Shown here piece by piece: positions 18,791 to 29,514 of a DNA stretch of 64,000 nt (positions are counted from its first letter, which is position 1; the number at the start of each line of letters is the position of its first letter). Below the pieces are notes generated by a model that made no database searches, was not told where the DNA came from, and saw only the letters and a list, made by a program, of their open reading frames with translations. The position numbers were made by a program, and so were the translations under genes. The DNA comes from Spirochaetia bacterium (GTDB lineage Bacteria > Spirochaetota > Spirochaetia > SZUA-6 > Bin103). The stretch covers positions 4,672,001 to 4,736,000 of the forward strand of contig CBDBDQ010000005.1 of assembly GCA_965203905.1 (NCBI GenBank), in the 5' to 3' direction.

Positions 18791-19834
18791 ATGGCTCCAC
18801 CGCTTCCGCCGCGCGCCGAGATGATTGCGGCCTTTAACGAGAGGGACGGCGACTACGACGGCCTGTTCGTAGCCGCCGTGCGCACTACCGGCATCTTCTG
18901 CCGCTGCTCCTGTCCGGCCCGCAAGCCGGACCCGCGCAACGTGGAGTTCTACGCCACGGCGGGCGCGGCGGTGGCCGCGGGCTACCGGGCCTGTCTGCGC
19001 TGCCGCCCGCTGGACCCCGGGGGCTCCGCGCCGAAGTGGCTCGGTTCGCTGCTGGCCGAGCTGGAGCGCGACCCGCGGCGGCGCTGGACCGATGCGGACT
19101 TGGCTGCAAGCGGGCTGCGTCCGGAGGCGGTGCGGCGCTGGTTCCGGCGCCGATTCGGCATGACCTTCCATGGCTACGCGCGCGCCCGGCGGCTGGCGGC
19201 CGCGGTCGACAACCTGCAGCAGGGCGCACCGGTCACCGACGCCGCGTTCGAGCACGGCTACGAGTCGCTCAGCGGCTTCAACGACGCGATTCGCAGCCTG
19301 ATCGGCGCTTCACCCGGCGCGGCGAGCGATGCCACGCTGCTGGCGGTGGCGCCGCTGGAGACGCCGCTGGGCGCGATGCTTCTCGGCGCCGTGAGAGGCA
19401 AGCTGTGTCTCGCCGAGTTTACCGATCGCGGGCGCCTGGAAGCGCAACTCCGCCGGGTGAGACAGCGCCTGCACGCTACGCTGGTGCCGGGTCGTGAGAC
19501 CCCTATCGACTGCGCCGCCGAGCAGTTGGCCGAGTACTTCGCCGGCTCCCGCCGCCACTTCGATCTCCCGCTGGTGCCGGCCGGTACGGAGCTGCAGCGC
19601 CAGGTCTGGGAGACGCTGCTGCAGATTCGATACGGAGAGACCTGGACCTACGGCCAAGTGGCGGCGGCGATCGGCCGCACGCGTGCGGCCAGGCCCGTGG
19701 GCAGCGCGGTTGGCGCGAACCCCATCTCAATCGTCATCCCCTGCCACCGGGTCATCGGCAGTGGCGGTGCCCTTACCGGCTACGGCGGCGGCCTGTGGCG
19801 CAAACGACGCCTCCTCGACCTGGAACGCGAGTAG
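18791..19834 (+). CDS. ada: Bifunctional Ada regulator / O6-methylguanine-DNA methyltransferase
   Basis: AVRTTGIFCRCSCPAR and GYRACLRCRP zinc site, AraC HTH, active-site IPCHRV. Confidence 0.95.
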   Translation: MAPPLPPRAEMIAAFNERDGDYDGLFVAAVRTTGIFCRCSCPARKPDPRNVEFYATAGAAVAAGYRACLRCRPLDPGGSAPKWLGSLLAELERDPRRRWTDADLAASGLRPEAVRRWFRRRFGMTFHGYARARRLAAAVDNLQQGAPVTDAAFEHGYESLSGFNDAIRSLIGASPGAASDATLLAVAPLETPLGAMLLGAVRGKLCLAEFTDRGRLEAQLRRVRQRLHATLVPGRETPIDCAAEQLAEYFAGSRRHFDLPLVPAGTELQRQVWETLLQIRYGETWTYGQVAAAIGRTRAARPVGSAVGANPISIVIPCHRVIGSGGALTGYGGGLWRKRRLLDLERE

Positions 19835-19867
19835 GTGTCGCTCCATTGCTGTAGTACACTGGGCTCG

Positions 19868-20215
19868 ATGGCTCAGGTCGGTACGGCAGGCAGGATAGAC
19901 CACGTGCTCGCTGCATTCCTCCGCGGAGTCTCCTCGGTTCGCGGCGAAGTAGTGGAGTTGTATCTGTACGGGTCGCGGGCCCGTGGCGATCACCATCCCG
20001 ACTCCGACTATGACGTGTTCGTCGTGCTGCAAGAGCGGACGCGAGACGCGATCGACACGCTGTACGACGCGGTGGTCGACGTGGTGTGTGAAACCGGCTC
20101 ACTCGTCTCGCTGAAGATCGTCTCCCGAGAACAGTTCCGGACGTTGGTGGCCGAGGGCAATCCGCTCGTTGCCAACGTCCTGCACGAGGGAGTTCCGCTT
20201 GCACTCGACGAGTGA
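19868..20215 (+). CDS. Minimal nucleotidyltransferase (MNT) antitoxin
   Basis: LYGSRARGDHHPDSDYDV motif. Confidence 0.9.
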   Translation: MAQVGTAGRIDHVLAAFLRGVSSVRGEVVELYLYGSRARGDHHPDSDYDVFVVLQERTRDAIDTLYDAVVDVVCETGSLVSLKIVSREQFRTLVAEGNPLVANVLHEGVPLALDE

Positions 20216-20600
20216 GCAGCTCATCGCGGCCTACCTGGAAAGGGCCCGCCAGAAACTCGACGTCGCCCGGCGCCTGCGTGATTCCGGGGATCATGACGAT
20301 GCGATCTCACGGGCCTACTACGCCGCGTTCCACGCCGCAAAAGCGCTGTTGACCAGCGCCGGGGAACAACGGCGAACCCATCATGGTACCGTGACGCTGT
20401 TCAATCTCCTGTTCGTGAAGACCGGGAAGATGAGCCGGCGGGCGGGACGGTTCTTCTCGAACCTGAAGGACGATCGGGAGAGCGCCGACTACGAACTGTT
20501 CTCGTACGCCGACGCGGAGACGGCTCGGGTCGCGGTCGAGGAGGCCGAGAGCATCGTCGCCGAAGCGACGCGCTATATTGAGGGACTGGCGGGAGAGTAG
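20199..20600 (+). CDS. HEPN domain protein (MNT-HEPN pair)
   Basis: DAISRAYYAAFHAAKALL, RTHHG, DRESADY. TTG 20199 follows GAGGGA and overlaps the MNT end. Confidence 0.88.
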   Translation: MHSTSEQLIAAYLERARQKLDVARRLRDSGDHDDAISRAYYAAFHAAKALLTSAGEQRRTHHGTVTLFNLLFVKTGKMSRRAGRFFSNLKDDRESADYELFSYADAETARVAVEEAESIVAEATRYIEGLAGE

Positions 20601-21448
20601 GCCGCCGGCGACTGCTTCGGTCGCTGCATGCGCGGGTGGGGCTGGGCGACGCCGTCGTAGACCGGGTGCAGGGCCCGGACCAGGGCCTTGCGCTCGGCGG
20701 ACCACTCCTCGGCCAGCGGCTGGGTCTTGGCGACCATCTGCGCCTTGACCCGCTCCGGCAGCGCGGGGTAGTCGGGCTGATACCAGAGGGTGAGCACGGT
20801 TCGCCGCCGCTCACTGCCGTTGGGGTGGGAGGCGTGCAGCAGGCGCGCATCGCCGATCACCAGCTCGCCGGCCCGCACGGGGACGTCGACCTCGTCGGGC
20901 CGGCTCCCGAACTCGGCCCGTTCCAGGCTCTCCGCTCTGCCGAGCACTTCGCTGTGCGGCTCGGCGAGCACGTCGTGCAGCGGATTGTGCCGTGTGTGTG
21001 ACCCCGGAATGACGCGCAGGCAGCCGTTCTCCCGGCAGGTGTCGGTCAGGTAGTACATGAGAAACACCTGCGGCGGCACGGCCGCGAACATCTCGGGCTC
21101 TTCCCACGCGAACCAGTCGTAATGCCAGAACAGCTGCGGGCTGTGCGGCGGCTTGCTGATGAGGTAGCCGTCGGTGTAGGTGGCTTCGGTGAAGCCGAGC
21201 CGTGCCAGCGCACCCAGGGCGGCCGGCAGGGCGATCAACTCGGCAAACACCGAGTCGGTGGTGTCCTTGAACGGGAACATACTGCCCTGGGACCGGTTGC
21301 GCGCCTTGTGCTCCTCGGTCTGCGTATCCAGCATCAGGTCGGTTGCGGCCTGCAGCCGGCCGAGCAGGCCGGCGTCCAGAACGCCCGGCACCAAGCAGTA
21401 GCCGTCTTGCAGCAACTGGCTGCGTCGCGGCGTGTCTACGCGATCCAT
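20573..21448 (-). CDS. Phytanoyl-CoA dioxygenase (PhyH) family Fe(II)/2OG enzyme
   Basis: WHYD, ENGCLRVIPGSH, LLHASHPNGS.RRR. Confidence 0.9.
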   Translation of the reverse strand: MDRVDTPRRSQLLQDGYCLVPGVLDAGLLGRLQAATDLMLDTQTEEHKARNRSQGSMFPFKDTTDSVFAELIALPAALGALARLGFTEATYTDGYLISKPPHSPQLFWHYDWFAWEEPEMFAAVPPQVFLMYYLTDTCRENGCLRVIPGSHTRHNPLHDVLAEPHSEVLGRAESLERAEFGSRPDEVDVPVRAGELVIGDARLLHASHPNGSERRRTVLTLWYQPDYPALPERVKAQMVAKTQPLAEEWSAERKALVRALHPVYDGVAQPHPRMQRPKQSPAAYSPASPSI

Positions 21449-21472
21449 CGGGCAGGCCCAGCGCCCGCCGAC

Positions 21473-21976
21473 TCAGGCGGCGGGGAGGTCTTCCAGGTGC
21501 AGGGCGGTGGTGATGCGGATGCTGCCGCGCAGCGATACGGCCACCGGGCAGCGGTCGGCGTGGAACCGATGCGCGCGTTCGGCGGCGGCGTGCTTGTCGG
21601 CGGACAGCCGCAGGTGGTAGTCGACGTGCACCGCCCGGATCACCAGTACCGAGCCTTCCTTGCCTATGTAACCGGTCGCTTCGCTGGTGAGGTAGCCCTC
21701 ACCGGCGGGTATCTCGCGCGCTTCCAGCGCGCCTCCCAACGTACCGGTCAGTCACCCGGCCGCGGCCGCCACCACGTAGTCGAGCGTCGTGGTGTGCGGC
21801 TCATGGACCTCCGGATCGACGCCGTAGTGCTCGGCCACCTCGGAGTGGACGCCGAACAGCACCGGGTCGGGCTCGGCCGGCAGGTGGGCGCGGCGCAACG
21901 GACCCTTGATCCGCTCGATGCTTACCTGCGATTGGTAGACCGTGTCCGCGGGGACCCCGGTCGAGGAATCAGCCAT
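21473..21976 (-). CDS. OsmC-like protein, predicted selenoprotein (in-frame UGA at 21754-21752)
   Basis: ORFs 21752-21976 and 21473-21739 are in the same frame and join as TLDYVVAAAAG-UGA-LTGTLGGALEAR...HADRCPVAVSL. UGA sits at the first OsmC Cys. Hairpin GCGCGCT-gga-AGCGCGC lies 19 nt downstream. Confidence 0.85.
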
Positions 21977-22077
21977 GCCTCATCCTACAATCTCGCCGTC
22001 GCCTTTGCCACCCCCGCGACACAGACTGACTGACTTCTCTCCTGAAGCCGCCTATCATGGGGCTTCGGGAGCGATCC

Positions 22078-22911
22078 ATGATAGTAGACGTCCATACTCA
22101 CTGCCTGCAGCCCGACCATATCAGCGAGGCGGGGCACCGGGCCGACCGGCGCGCCGGCTATCCGCCGATGCAGCCGCTGACCTTCGAGCGCTATGCCGAG
22201 GAGTTGGCGGTGGTCGACCGTGCGATCGTGTTCGGGGTGCGGGGCGTGGCCACCGGCGTGCGCAGCCCCAACGAGTTCACCGCGGAGTGGGTCCGGCGCG
22301 ATCCCGACAAGCTGATCGGATTCATGGCGATCGATCCGATGGAAGACGACCACATGGAACAGATCGAGCAGGGCATCGAGCTCGGCCTGCGCGGCATCAA
22401 GATCTACCCGATGCTGGGCCGCTACGACCCCGCCGATCCGACCAACTTCCCCATGTTCGAGAAGGCGCAGCGGCTGGGGCTTCCGGTGCTCTCGCATACC
22501 GGCACCCACCCCAATCCGCGCGCCATGCTCAAGTACAGCCATCCGCTGCTGGTCGACGAAATAGCCCAGGCATTCCCGGACCTGAAATACATCATGGCGC
22601 ACCTGTCGCACCCGTGGCAGCGGGACTGCGCCATCGTGCTGCGCAAGCACCCCAACGTGTACGCGGACATCTCCGGCGTGTGGGTACGGCCCTGGCAGGG
22701 CTGGGAGGCGCTGATCGGCATGCTGGAGTGGAGCGTGACCGACAAGCTGTTGTTCGGCTCCGACTTCCCGCTCTGGACCCCGACCGAGGCGCTGGCGAAG
22801 ATCCGCCGTTTCAACGATCAGCTCGAGGGTACCCGCCTGCCGCGCATCCCCGACGAGATGATCGACGGGATCATTCACCGCGACTCGCTCAAGCTGCTGG
22901 GGCTGGAGTGA
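22078..22911 (+). CDS. Amidohydrolase-2 family metallo-hydrolase/decarboxylase
   Basis: VDVHTH, LRGIKIYP, HTG, MAHL, LLFGSDFP. Confidence 0.9.
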   Translation: MIVDVHTHCLQPDHISEAGHRADRRAGYPPMQPLTFERYAEELAVVDRAIVFGVRGVATGVRSPNEFTAEWVRRDPDKLIGFMAIDPMEDDHMEQIEQGIELGLRGIKIYPMLGRYDPADPTNFPMFEKAQRLGLPVLSHTGTHPNPRAMLKYSHPLLVDEIAQAFPDLKYIMAHLSHPWQRDCAIVLRKHPNVYADISGVWVRPWQGWEALIGMLEWSVTDKLLFGSDFPLWTPTEALAKIRRFNDQLEGTRLPRIPDEMIDGIIHRDSLKLLGLE

Positions 22912-24083
22912 AGATCACTGCCGTAAAGACCTTCCTGGTCGGCGGGAGCTGGCGCAACTGGCTGGTGGTGAAGGTCGAGACCGACGCCGGCGTGCACGGC
23001 GTGGGCGAGGCCACGCTCGAAGGCAAGTCGAAGACGGTGCAGACGGCGGTGGGCGAGCTGGCGCGCTACCTGGAGGGCAAGGACCCGGCTGCCATCGAGC
23101 GCCATTTCCAGGAGATGTATCGGAGGGCGTTCTACGCCGGCGGCGAGGTGCTCACCAGCGCCATCACCGGGGTCGAGACCGCGTTGTGGGACATCAAGGG
23201 CAAGGTGCTGGGAGTGCCGGTATACGAGCTGCTCGGCGGTCGCACGCGCGACCGCATCAAGCTGTACGCCAACGGCTGGTACCGGCAGGGCATGAGTCCC
23301 GGCGAGTTCGTGGCCGCCGCCAGGAAGGTGGTGGCGCTCGGCGCCGGGGGGATCAAGTTCAACCCCTGGGGCGGCCGGCCGGGGATCGACTTCCATCGGC
23401 TGGAGAACGACATCCTCAACACCGGTGTCGAAGTGGTGGGTGCGCTGCGGGAAGCCCTGGGACCGAGCGTCGACCTGTATATCGACTGCAACGGCATCTT
23501 CAACAACGTCGGCAACGCGATCCGCGCCGCCAAGGCGGTCGAGCAGTTCAACATCAGTTTCTTCGAGGAACCGATACCGCACGAGAACACCGACGCGATG
23601 GCGTACGTGCGGCGCAAGATCGACATTCCGGTGGCCGCCGGCGAGCGTCTGTTCACGATTTTTCGGTTCCGGGAACTCCTGGAGCGGGGTGGTGCGGACG
23701 TCGTCCAGCCCGACATGTCGCACTGCGGCGGCATGCTGGAGGCGCGCAAGATCGCCGCCATCGCCGATTCGCACTACGCGGCGTTCGCGCCGCACAACGC
23801 CACCGGTGAGATCGCCTATGCGTCGGCCGTGCAGTTGGCGGCCTGCGTACCCAACTTCCTGGTGCTGGAGCACTTCCCGCCGGAATCATGGCGTTTCGAG
23901 GTGTGCCGCAATCCGATGCTGGTGGAGGACGGTTGGCTGCAGGTTCCCGACCGTCCCGGGCTGGGCGTGGAGTTCGACGAAGTCGCGGCGCGGTCACACC
24001 CCTACGAGCCGGTCGACCTCTACGACCTGCACCGCCCGGAAATGCAGCTCAAGATCCCGCAGTTCGGCGACCGCCTGCGCTGA
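22908..24083 (+). CDS. Mandelate racemase/galactonate dehydratase-like enolase-superfamily enzyme
   Basis: KVETDAGVHGVGEA, ALWDIKGK..GVPVYELLGG, FFEEP, AAGER, QPD, APHN. GTG overlaps the upstream stop. Confidence 0.93.
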   Translation: MKITAVKTFLVGGSWRNWLVVKVETDAGVHGVGEATLEGKSKTVQTAVGELARYLEGKDPAAIERHFQEMYRRAFYAGGEVLTSAITGVETALWDIKGKVLGVPVYELLGGRTRDRIKLYANGWYRQGMSPGEFVAAARKVVALGAGGIKFNPWGGRPGIDFHRLENDILNTGVEVVGALREALGPSVDLYIDCNGIFNNVGNAIRAAKAVEQFNISFFEEPIPHENTDAMAYVRRKIDIPVAAGERLFTIFRFRELLERGGADVVQPDMSHCGGMLEARKIAAIADSHYAAFAPHNATGEIAYASAVQLAACVPNFLVLEHFPPESWRFEVCRNPMLVEDGWLQVPDRPGLGVEFDEVAARSHPYEPVDLYDLHRPEMQLKIPQFGDRLR

Positions 24084-24107
24084 GTCGGCAGCCGCCGTTG
24101 CCTCGGG

Positions 24108-25112
24108 TCAGACGTCGGACCAGAAGATGAGGGCGCCGATCACGCCGTCGGCGTTGCCTTCGAGGATGCGGCGGTAGAGATTCGGCGCCTCGAGGCGACT
24201 TACGCGGTGGGTGACCGTATGCTCCCACGGCAGGTAGCCGAGGGCGAGGTTGTGCATGATCGTCTCCCGCGCCGGTTCCTCCCCGTCGTTGCAGGGGAAG
24301 AACATCCGCAGCCGCTTGCCGTGCGGCGGGGGGTAGCGGAAGCTGATCGGGTCCTTGCCGTAGTGGCCCTGCCACACGAACTTGCCGCGCGCCCGGGTCA
24401 GGGCGATGGCGGCGTCGATGTTCTGCGGCAGGCCGGTCGCTTCGAACACCACGTCGCAGCCGCCCGGCCAGCGCTCTTCCACCGCCTGCGCCACGTCGGT
24501 GGTGGAGGCGTCGATCAGGTGACGGGCGCCGAGCTTGCGCGCCACTCTCAGGCGTGCCGCGTCCCGGTCCACGGCCACCACCTCGCAGCCGCGCAGGTTG
24601 GCCCACATCACCACCGACAGGCCCACCAGGCCGACGCCGAACACCAGCACGGAGTCGCCCAGGCGCGGGTTGCTGATGTCGACGCCGTGCAGCCCGACGC
24701 CGGGAAGCACGAAGGCACTGGCCACGTCCAGCGGCGTCCCGGCGGGCAGGTGCGCGGTATCGGGCCGCCGCGCATCGATCACCGAGTGGCTGGAGTGGGT
24801 GCCGGCGGCGGTGCACACAGTATCCCCGTCGAGCAGCATCCCCGGGCTGGCACGGAAGTATACCAGGTCGCCGGCCGCGTAGCCGGACACCTCCGCGCCG
24901 GCCGCTTCGACGACGCCGGTCGCGGTGTAGCCGGTACACAGCGGATAGAAGATGCGGTCCAGGGTCGAGCGCACCATCATGAACTCGGTGCCGATGCTGA
25001 CCCCCGACCACAGCGTGCGAAGCACCAAGTCGTGAGGACCGGGGTCGGGGAGGGTCACCTCGCGCAACGCGAACCGTCGCTGCGCATCACAGATCAGCGC
25101 GTGTGCGTTCAC
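24108..25112 (-). CDS. MDR-family dehydrogenase lacking canonical catalytic Zn ligands
   Basis: SGVSIGTE and GY replace CxxD and GHE. GVGLVG Rossmann motif, VFEATG. Confidence 0.85.
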   Translation of the reverse strand: MNAHALICDAQRRFALREVTLPDPGPHDLVLRTLWSGVSIGTEFMMVRSTLDRIFYPLCTGYTATGVVEAAGAEVSGYAAGDLVYFRASPGMLLDGDTVCTAAGTHSSHSVIDARRPDTAHLPAGTPLDVASAFVLPGVGLHGVDISNPRLGDSVLVFGVGLVGLSVVMWANLRGCEVVAVDRDAARLRVARKLGARHLIDASTTDVAQAVEERWPGGCDVVFEATGLPQNIDAAIALTRARGKFVWQGHYGKDPISFRYPPPHGKRLRMFFPCNDGEEPARETIMHNLALGYLPWEHTVTHRVSRLEAPNLYRRILEGNADGVIGALIFWSDV

Positions 25113-25178
25113 TTCTTCGTGCCTCCTGGTTCCGGCCGACTGCTTGGCGACGCTCCATGCGGCCTGCCGGTGGCAGTT

Positions 25179-25207
25179 CTGTTATTCCGTTTCGGAGTGG
25201 CTGTCAA
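25179..25207 (-). promoter_or_regulatory. Putative sigma70 promoter for the MDR gene
   Basis: TTGACA (25207-25202), 17-nt spacer, TAACAG. Confidence 0.5.
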
Positions 25208-25329
25208 CCGCGCGCCGGCTCCATTGCCCGGCTATCCCACGCTGCGCGACAAGCCGGCTGCAAATCGTTACTACGGCTGCCATCGGACCGACACCCAACG
25301 GCCCAACTGGCGCCCCCGGCGAGCGCCGA

Positions 25330-26915
25330 TCACGTAGCCCCGTCTGGCGGCGGCCCGTCCTCCCGATGCCGGAAGCGGTGGTGAGCAGAACAATGAAGCC
25401 TGAGGTTCCCCGGCTCAGCGCTGCCGCCGAGCGCGAAGGGAACGATGTGGTCGAGCTCCAGCAGGAAGCGGGAGCCGCAGCGCCGCCCGCTGTGCGGATC
25501 GACGTAACTGCAACAGCCGCCGTCGCGGCGCCACACCTCGCGCCGCACTGGTGCCGGAATATACCGGGATCGACGCGCCCGCTGGCGCGGCTGCGCGCTG
25601 TCTCGGGACGGGCCGGCTGCCTCTGGCTGCGGCCGCGAATGGCCATCGACCTGCACCGCTCCTGCCCGCTTCGCCGCCCCGGCCCGCTTCGCTGGCGAAG
25701 GAGCGCTGCGACGGCGATCCGCCACTGCCAGCGCGGTCGGCATGCTCTGGTCTGCCGGCGGCGTCGGTACGGTGGCGTGGGACCCGCAACCAGCCACCAA
25801 CTTCGCCGCCGAAGCAGCGGTGCCGGGCGCCGCCACCGCTGGCTTGGCACTCACCGGGGTGCTGCCGCCGCAAGTCTCGCGCCCCGACGGCGGCGCGGAC
25901 AGCACTGCCACCGCCGAGGTGCCGGCGCCGCCATTCCCGCGCGCGGGTTCCTCTGCGGACAGAGCCGGCGCCGTGGTGCTGCCACCGGCGCTCGTGCCCG
26001 CCGGCGGCGACGGCACTCCGGGTTGCTCTTGCACGTCCCGCTTCGCCGGCGAAGTCCCTCCGCCCGCCGGCCCGTCCTGCGCCTTCGGCTCCAGCGCCTG
26101 GCCCGCGCTTGCCTCCCGGCGCCCATCTCTGCGCCCGCGCGGCGGTCGCCCCGGGTCGTAGCGCTGCAGGCCGTCCTGCACCAGCCGCTCCACCAGCTGC
26201 CCCAGCGTCAGGTGCGGGTCCACGTGCGACAGCAGTGCCCGGAGTTGCTCGATCCCGCACTGACAGGCAGCGTCGATCACCACCTTCAGCTCCCAGCGGC
26301 CGTCGCCCAGCGCCCGCATGCGATCGGCCGGCCGCGCCAGCTCGGGAGCCACCCCGGCCAACAACTGCTTCACCTCGCGCGTGCTCTTGCCGCTCGCCTG
26401 CGCCACCAGCTCCTGCCGCTGCGCCGCGTCCAGCGCCGGCACCGGTCGCGCCGGCGCCGCTGCCCCGGTCCTGGAAGCCCCGCCTCCGGCGCCGTCCCCG
26501 TGGCGCCCGGCAGCAGCTCCGGGGCCGCGGGTGCCGAGCCGGGGTCCACCGCGGCGGTGGCTGTGCGCTGCAGGAGATCGAAGGTGTTCTGCAACTGCGC
26601 CGCCGCGCTCAGGGAGAGCGAGCCGTACTGCAGCCGCTCGCGTGATCCGGCGGTATCGGAGCACAGGCGCATGGCTTTGATACGGCGCCAGGCGGCGCCT
26701 TCGCTGTAGCCCAGCTCGCGCACGGCGTAGTCGAACAGGCTGGAGAACCCGAGGCGCAGGTGGAGGTGGCGGGCGTGGATCTCGCGCAGGTGGTCGAGGA
26801 CGGCGAGCTGCAGCGCCTGCTCGTGCAGGACGAGGGACCTGGTATGCGCCAGCAGCACCTGGTCGGGGAGCCCGGAGAGCGAGGAGGAGAAGCCGGTGGC
26901 GGTCGCGGGAGCCAT
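25330..26915 (-). pseudogene. Repeated HNH endonuclease gene (DUF222/13E12-like architecture), frameshifted at about 26465-26570
   Basis: N-terminal frame has HLREIHARHLHLRLGFSSLFDYAVRELGYSEGAAWRRI. C-terminal frame has SGKSTREV...RYIPAPVRREVWRRDGGCCSY...C.SRFLLELDHIVPFALGG....NLRLHCSAHHR. A second partial copy is at 1-261. Confidence 0.85.
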
Positions 26916-27600
26916 GGCGTAAATATACTCATGGCTGAGAAATGTCCGGTTTCTGAAAGTCCCGGACCGGCACTGGGAAGGGCTCAGGCCGGCGCTGGCG
27001 GGGTGCTGACGGGCCTGGAGGGCGTGGCGGGATGTTCGAAGGGTCGGAGGGGCCGGAACATGTGTCAGGAGGCCGTTACGAGCAGCGCCAAACCCGGCAA
27101 GTGCTCAGCGCAATTTTTTGCACTTTTTTCGCACAATCCTGCACCGCGGCGCCGCACCGTGGTCGACTAGGTGCCGCCATCAAGGCTGGCTACAGCGAGA
27201 GGTCGACCCAACGTGGCAGCAGCGCATCGGCGGAGACCGGCGCGTTGCGGGTGGGCGGCAACCCACCCATTCCTGGACACATCATACAGCGAACGACCCC
27301 GCACCCCCTATAAGCGGCGATCTGGCAGGCACCGGGGCCATCACCGCCGCTTGTCCACACGGGATTCAGCCGTCGTTCAGCATGGGATGGCCCTGGGCTC
27401 AATTGATGCCGGATCTCTCACGGAGCGCCGGCGCTCACGGCGGCAGCCGCCGGTTCCCTGACCCCCGGCTGCCGCAGGACGTCGAGCGCCGCCGCCGCGT
27501 CGAACGACTCGGCTGGATGCGCTGGCGGTCGCGGGCGCGGTGATTTACAGTACGCTGCGGAAGTGGCGATGGCAGTCCAGGGCCGCGCCGGAGGGCGATC

Positions 27601-29466
27601 ATGATGGACGTTCCGCCCCGCCTGCAGGCGAACCTGCGGCATCTTTACGGGGCAGGCGCCGATGCGGCGCTGGCGGAGCTGCACCAACTGTGGGCGTGCC
27701 ACGGGTTGGCTGCGGCGCCGCAGGCGGCCGGGACGGAGCTGGGGGCGCCGGGCGCTGCGGCGGCGATGCCGGGCGCCGGCGACGTGGCACTGATCGCTTA
27801 CGCCGACTCGATCCGCGGCACTGCGGGCGCGCCGCTGGAAGCGCTGCGGCGGTTCGTCGAGCGTTACCTGGCGCGAACCATCAACACGCTGCATCTGCTG
27901 CCGTTCTTCCCTTGGGACACGGACCGCGGCTTCTCGGTCCAGGACTACCGCGCGGTCGACCCGCGCAACGGCACCTGGGCCGACATCGAGGCGCTGGCGG
28001 CGGAGTTCAGCCACCTGATGGTCGACCTGGTGATCAATCACGCCTCGCTGGACAACCCGCTGGTGCAGGGGGCGCTGACCGGCGACCCGCGCTACCGCGA
28101 CTTCGTGATCCGGTACGACGACGGCGCCCAGCCGGATGCGGCGGCGCTGGCGCAGCTCACCCGGCCGCGGCCGGACCCGGTATTGACCCGATATTACGTT
28201 GTAGCCACGGATGGCCGCAAAGGTGCGACGTTCGATCCGGACTCCGAGTCTGCCGCCGCCACCGGGGGTTGGGTCTGGACCACCTTCTCGCGCCCGCCCA
28301 ATGCCGACGGCAGCGCCGCCACCCGGCAGGTCGACCTCAACTTTCGCAACCCGCGGGTGCTGCTGGAGATGCTGGAGGTGCTGCTGTGCTATCGCGAGCA
28401 CGGCGCCGACTGGGTGCGGCTGGATGCGGCCGGCTACATGTGGAAGGAGTTGGGCACGCCGAGCATCCATCATCCCAACACCCACCGCCTGCTGCAGGTG
28501 CTGCGCGACGCGCTGGCCGGCCGCGCGGAGCTGGTGAGCGTGGCGGAGGTGAACGAGCCGCAGGACACGGTGCTGCCGTACCTCGGAAGCGCCGACGCAG
28601 GGGTGGAGTCCGACCTGGCATACCAGTTCGCGCACTTCCCGCTGGCGGTGCACGCGCTGCACTCCGGCGACGCGCGCCACTACAAGCGCTGGCTCGGAAC
28701 CCTGGAGCCGTTCGCGGGACGCCAGTTCATCACGGTGTTCGGCAGCCACGACGGCATGGGCCGCAAACCGGTGCTCGGGCTGTTGCCGGACGAGGACCTG
28801 GAGCGGATGGTGCAGGATCTGGTCGCCCGCCACGGCGCGCTGCCCAACTATGCACGGCAGGCCGGCGGCGGGCGCATCATCTACGAGCTGTGCGCCACTC
28901 CGTGGAGCCTGATCAATCGCGCGGATGCGGATGAACCGCTCCAGATCCAGGTCGATCGCTACACGGCCTGCGCGGCGCTCGGCCTGGTGCTGCGCGGAGT
29001 GCCGGCGTTCTACATCAACGGACTGCTCGGCGTTCCCAACCGGCTCGATCGGCGGCAACTGGACGAGAACCGCTCGATCAACCGCGAGCAGTTCGACGAG
29101 ACGGCGCTATACGCGGAGCTGGACGAGCGCGGCAACCAGATGCGGCTGGTGCTGGAGCGGCTCCTGCACCTGATTGCGCTGCGCACACGGGAGCCGGCGT
29201 TCGCACCCGGCGGTCCACCGCTGGAAGTGCTCGACAGTCCGGACCCGGTCGTCGCGGTCGTCGCCGCCGGCGGCGGACGCCGCGTGCTGGCCGTGACCAA
29301 CGTCTCGGGGCTGCCGCAGCGGCTGCGCCTGGAGCGCGCCCTGTTCCCGGTTCGAAACCGCGTACGCGAGTTGATCACCGGGGTGGAAGTGCCCGTGCCT
29401 GAGGCCGCGCCGTGGGAGCTGTCGCTGGCTGCCTACGAAGTGCGCTGGCTCGCCGCCACCCGATGA
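27601..29466 (+). CDS. GH13 (subfamily 18-like) sucrose/glucosylglycerate phosphorylase-like enzyme
   Basis: HLLPFFP..DRGFSVQDY, MVDLVINH, WTTFS, QVDLN, RLDAAGY (nucleophile), AEVN, SHDG. Confidence 0.88.
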   Translation: MMDVPPRLQANLRHLYGAGADAALAELHQLWACHGLAAAPQAAGTELGAPGAAAAMPGAGDVALIAYADSIRGTAGAPLEALRRFVERYLARTINTLHLLPFFPWDTDRGFSVQDYRAVDPRNGTWADIEALAAEFSHLMVDLVINHASLDNPLVQGALTGDPRYRDFVIRYDDGAQPDAAALAQLTRPRPDPVLTRYYVVATDGRKGATFDPDSESAAATGGWVWTTFSRPPNADGSAATRQVDLNFRNPRVLLEMLEVLLCYREHGADWVRLDAAGYMWKELGTPSIHHPNTHRLLQVLRDALAGRAELVSVAEVNEPQDTVLPYLGSADAGVESDLAYQFAHFPLAVHALHSGDARHYKRWLGTLEPFAGRQFITVFGSHDGMGRKPVLGLLPDEDLERMVQDLVARHGALPNYARQAGGGRIIYELCATPWSLINRADADEPLQIQVDRYTACAALGLVLRGVPAFYINGLLGVPNRLDRRQLDENRSINREQFDETALYAELDERGNQMRLVLERLLHLIALRTREPAFAPGGPPLEVLDSPDPVVAVVAAGGGRRVLAVTNVSGLPQRLRLERALFPVRNRVRELITGVEVPVPEAAPWELSLAAYEVRWLAATR

Positions 29467-29514
29467 TCGGGTTCGCCGTTGACCCGGCTGAGCGGAGCGG
29501 CGACAATCGCTGCC

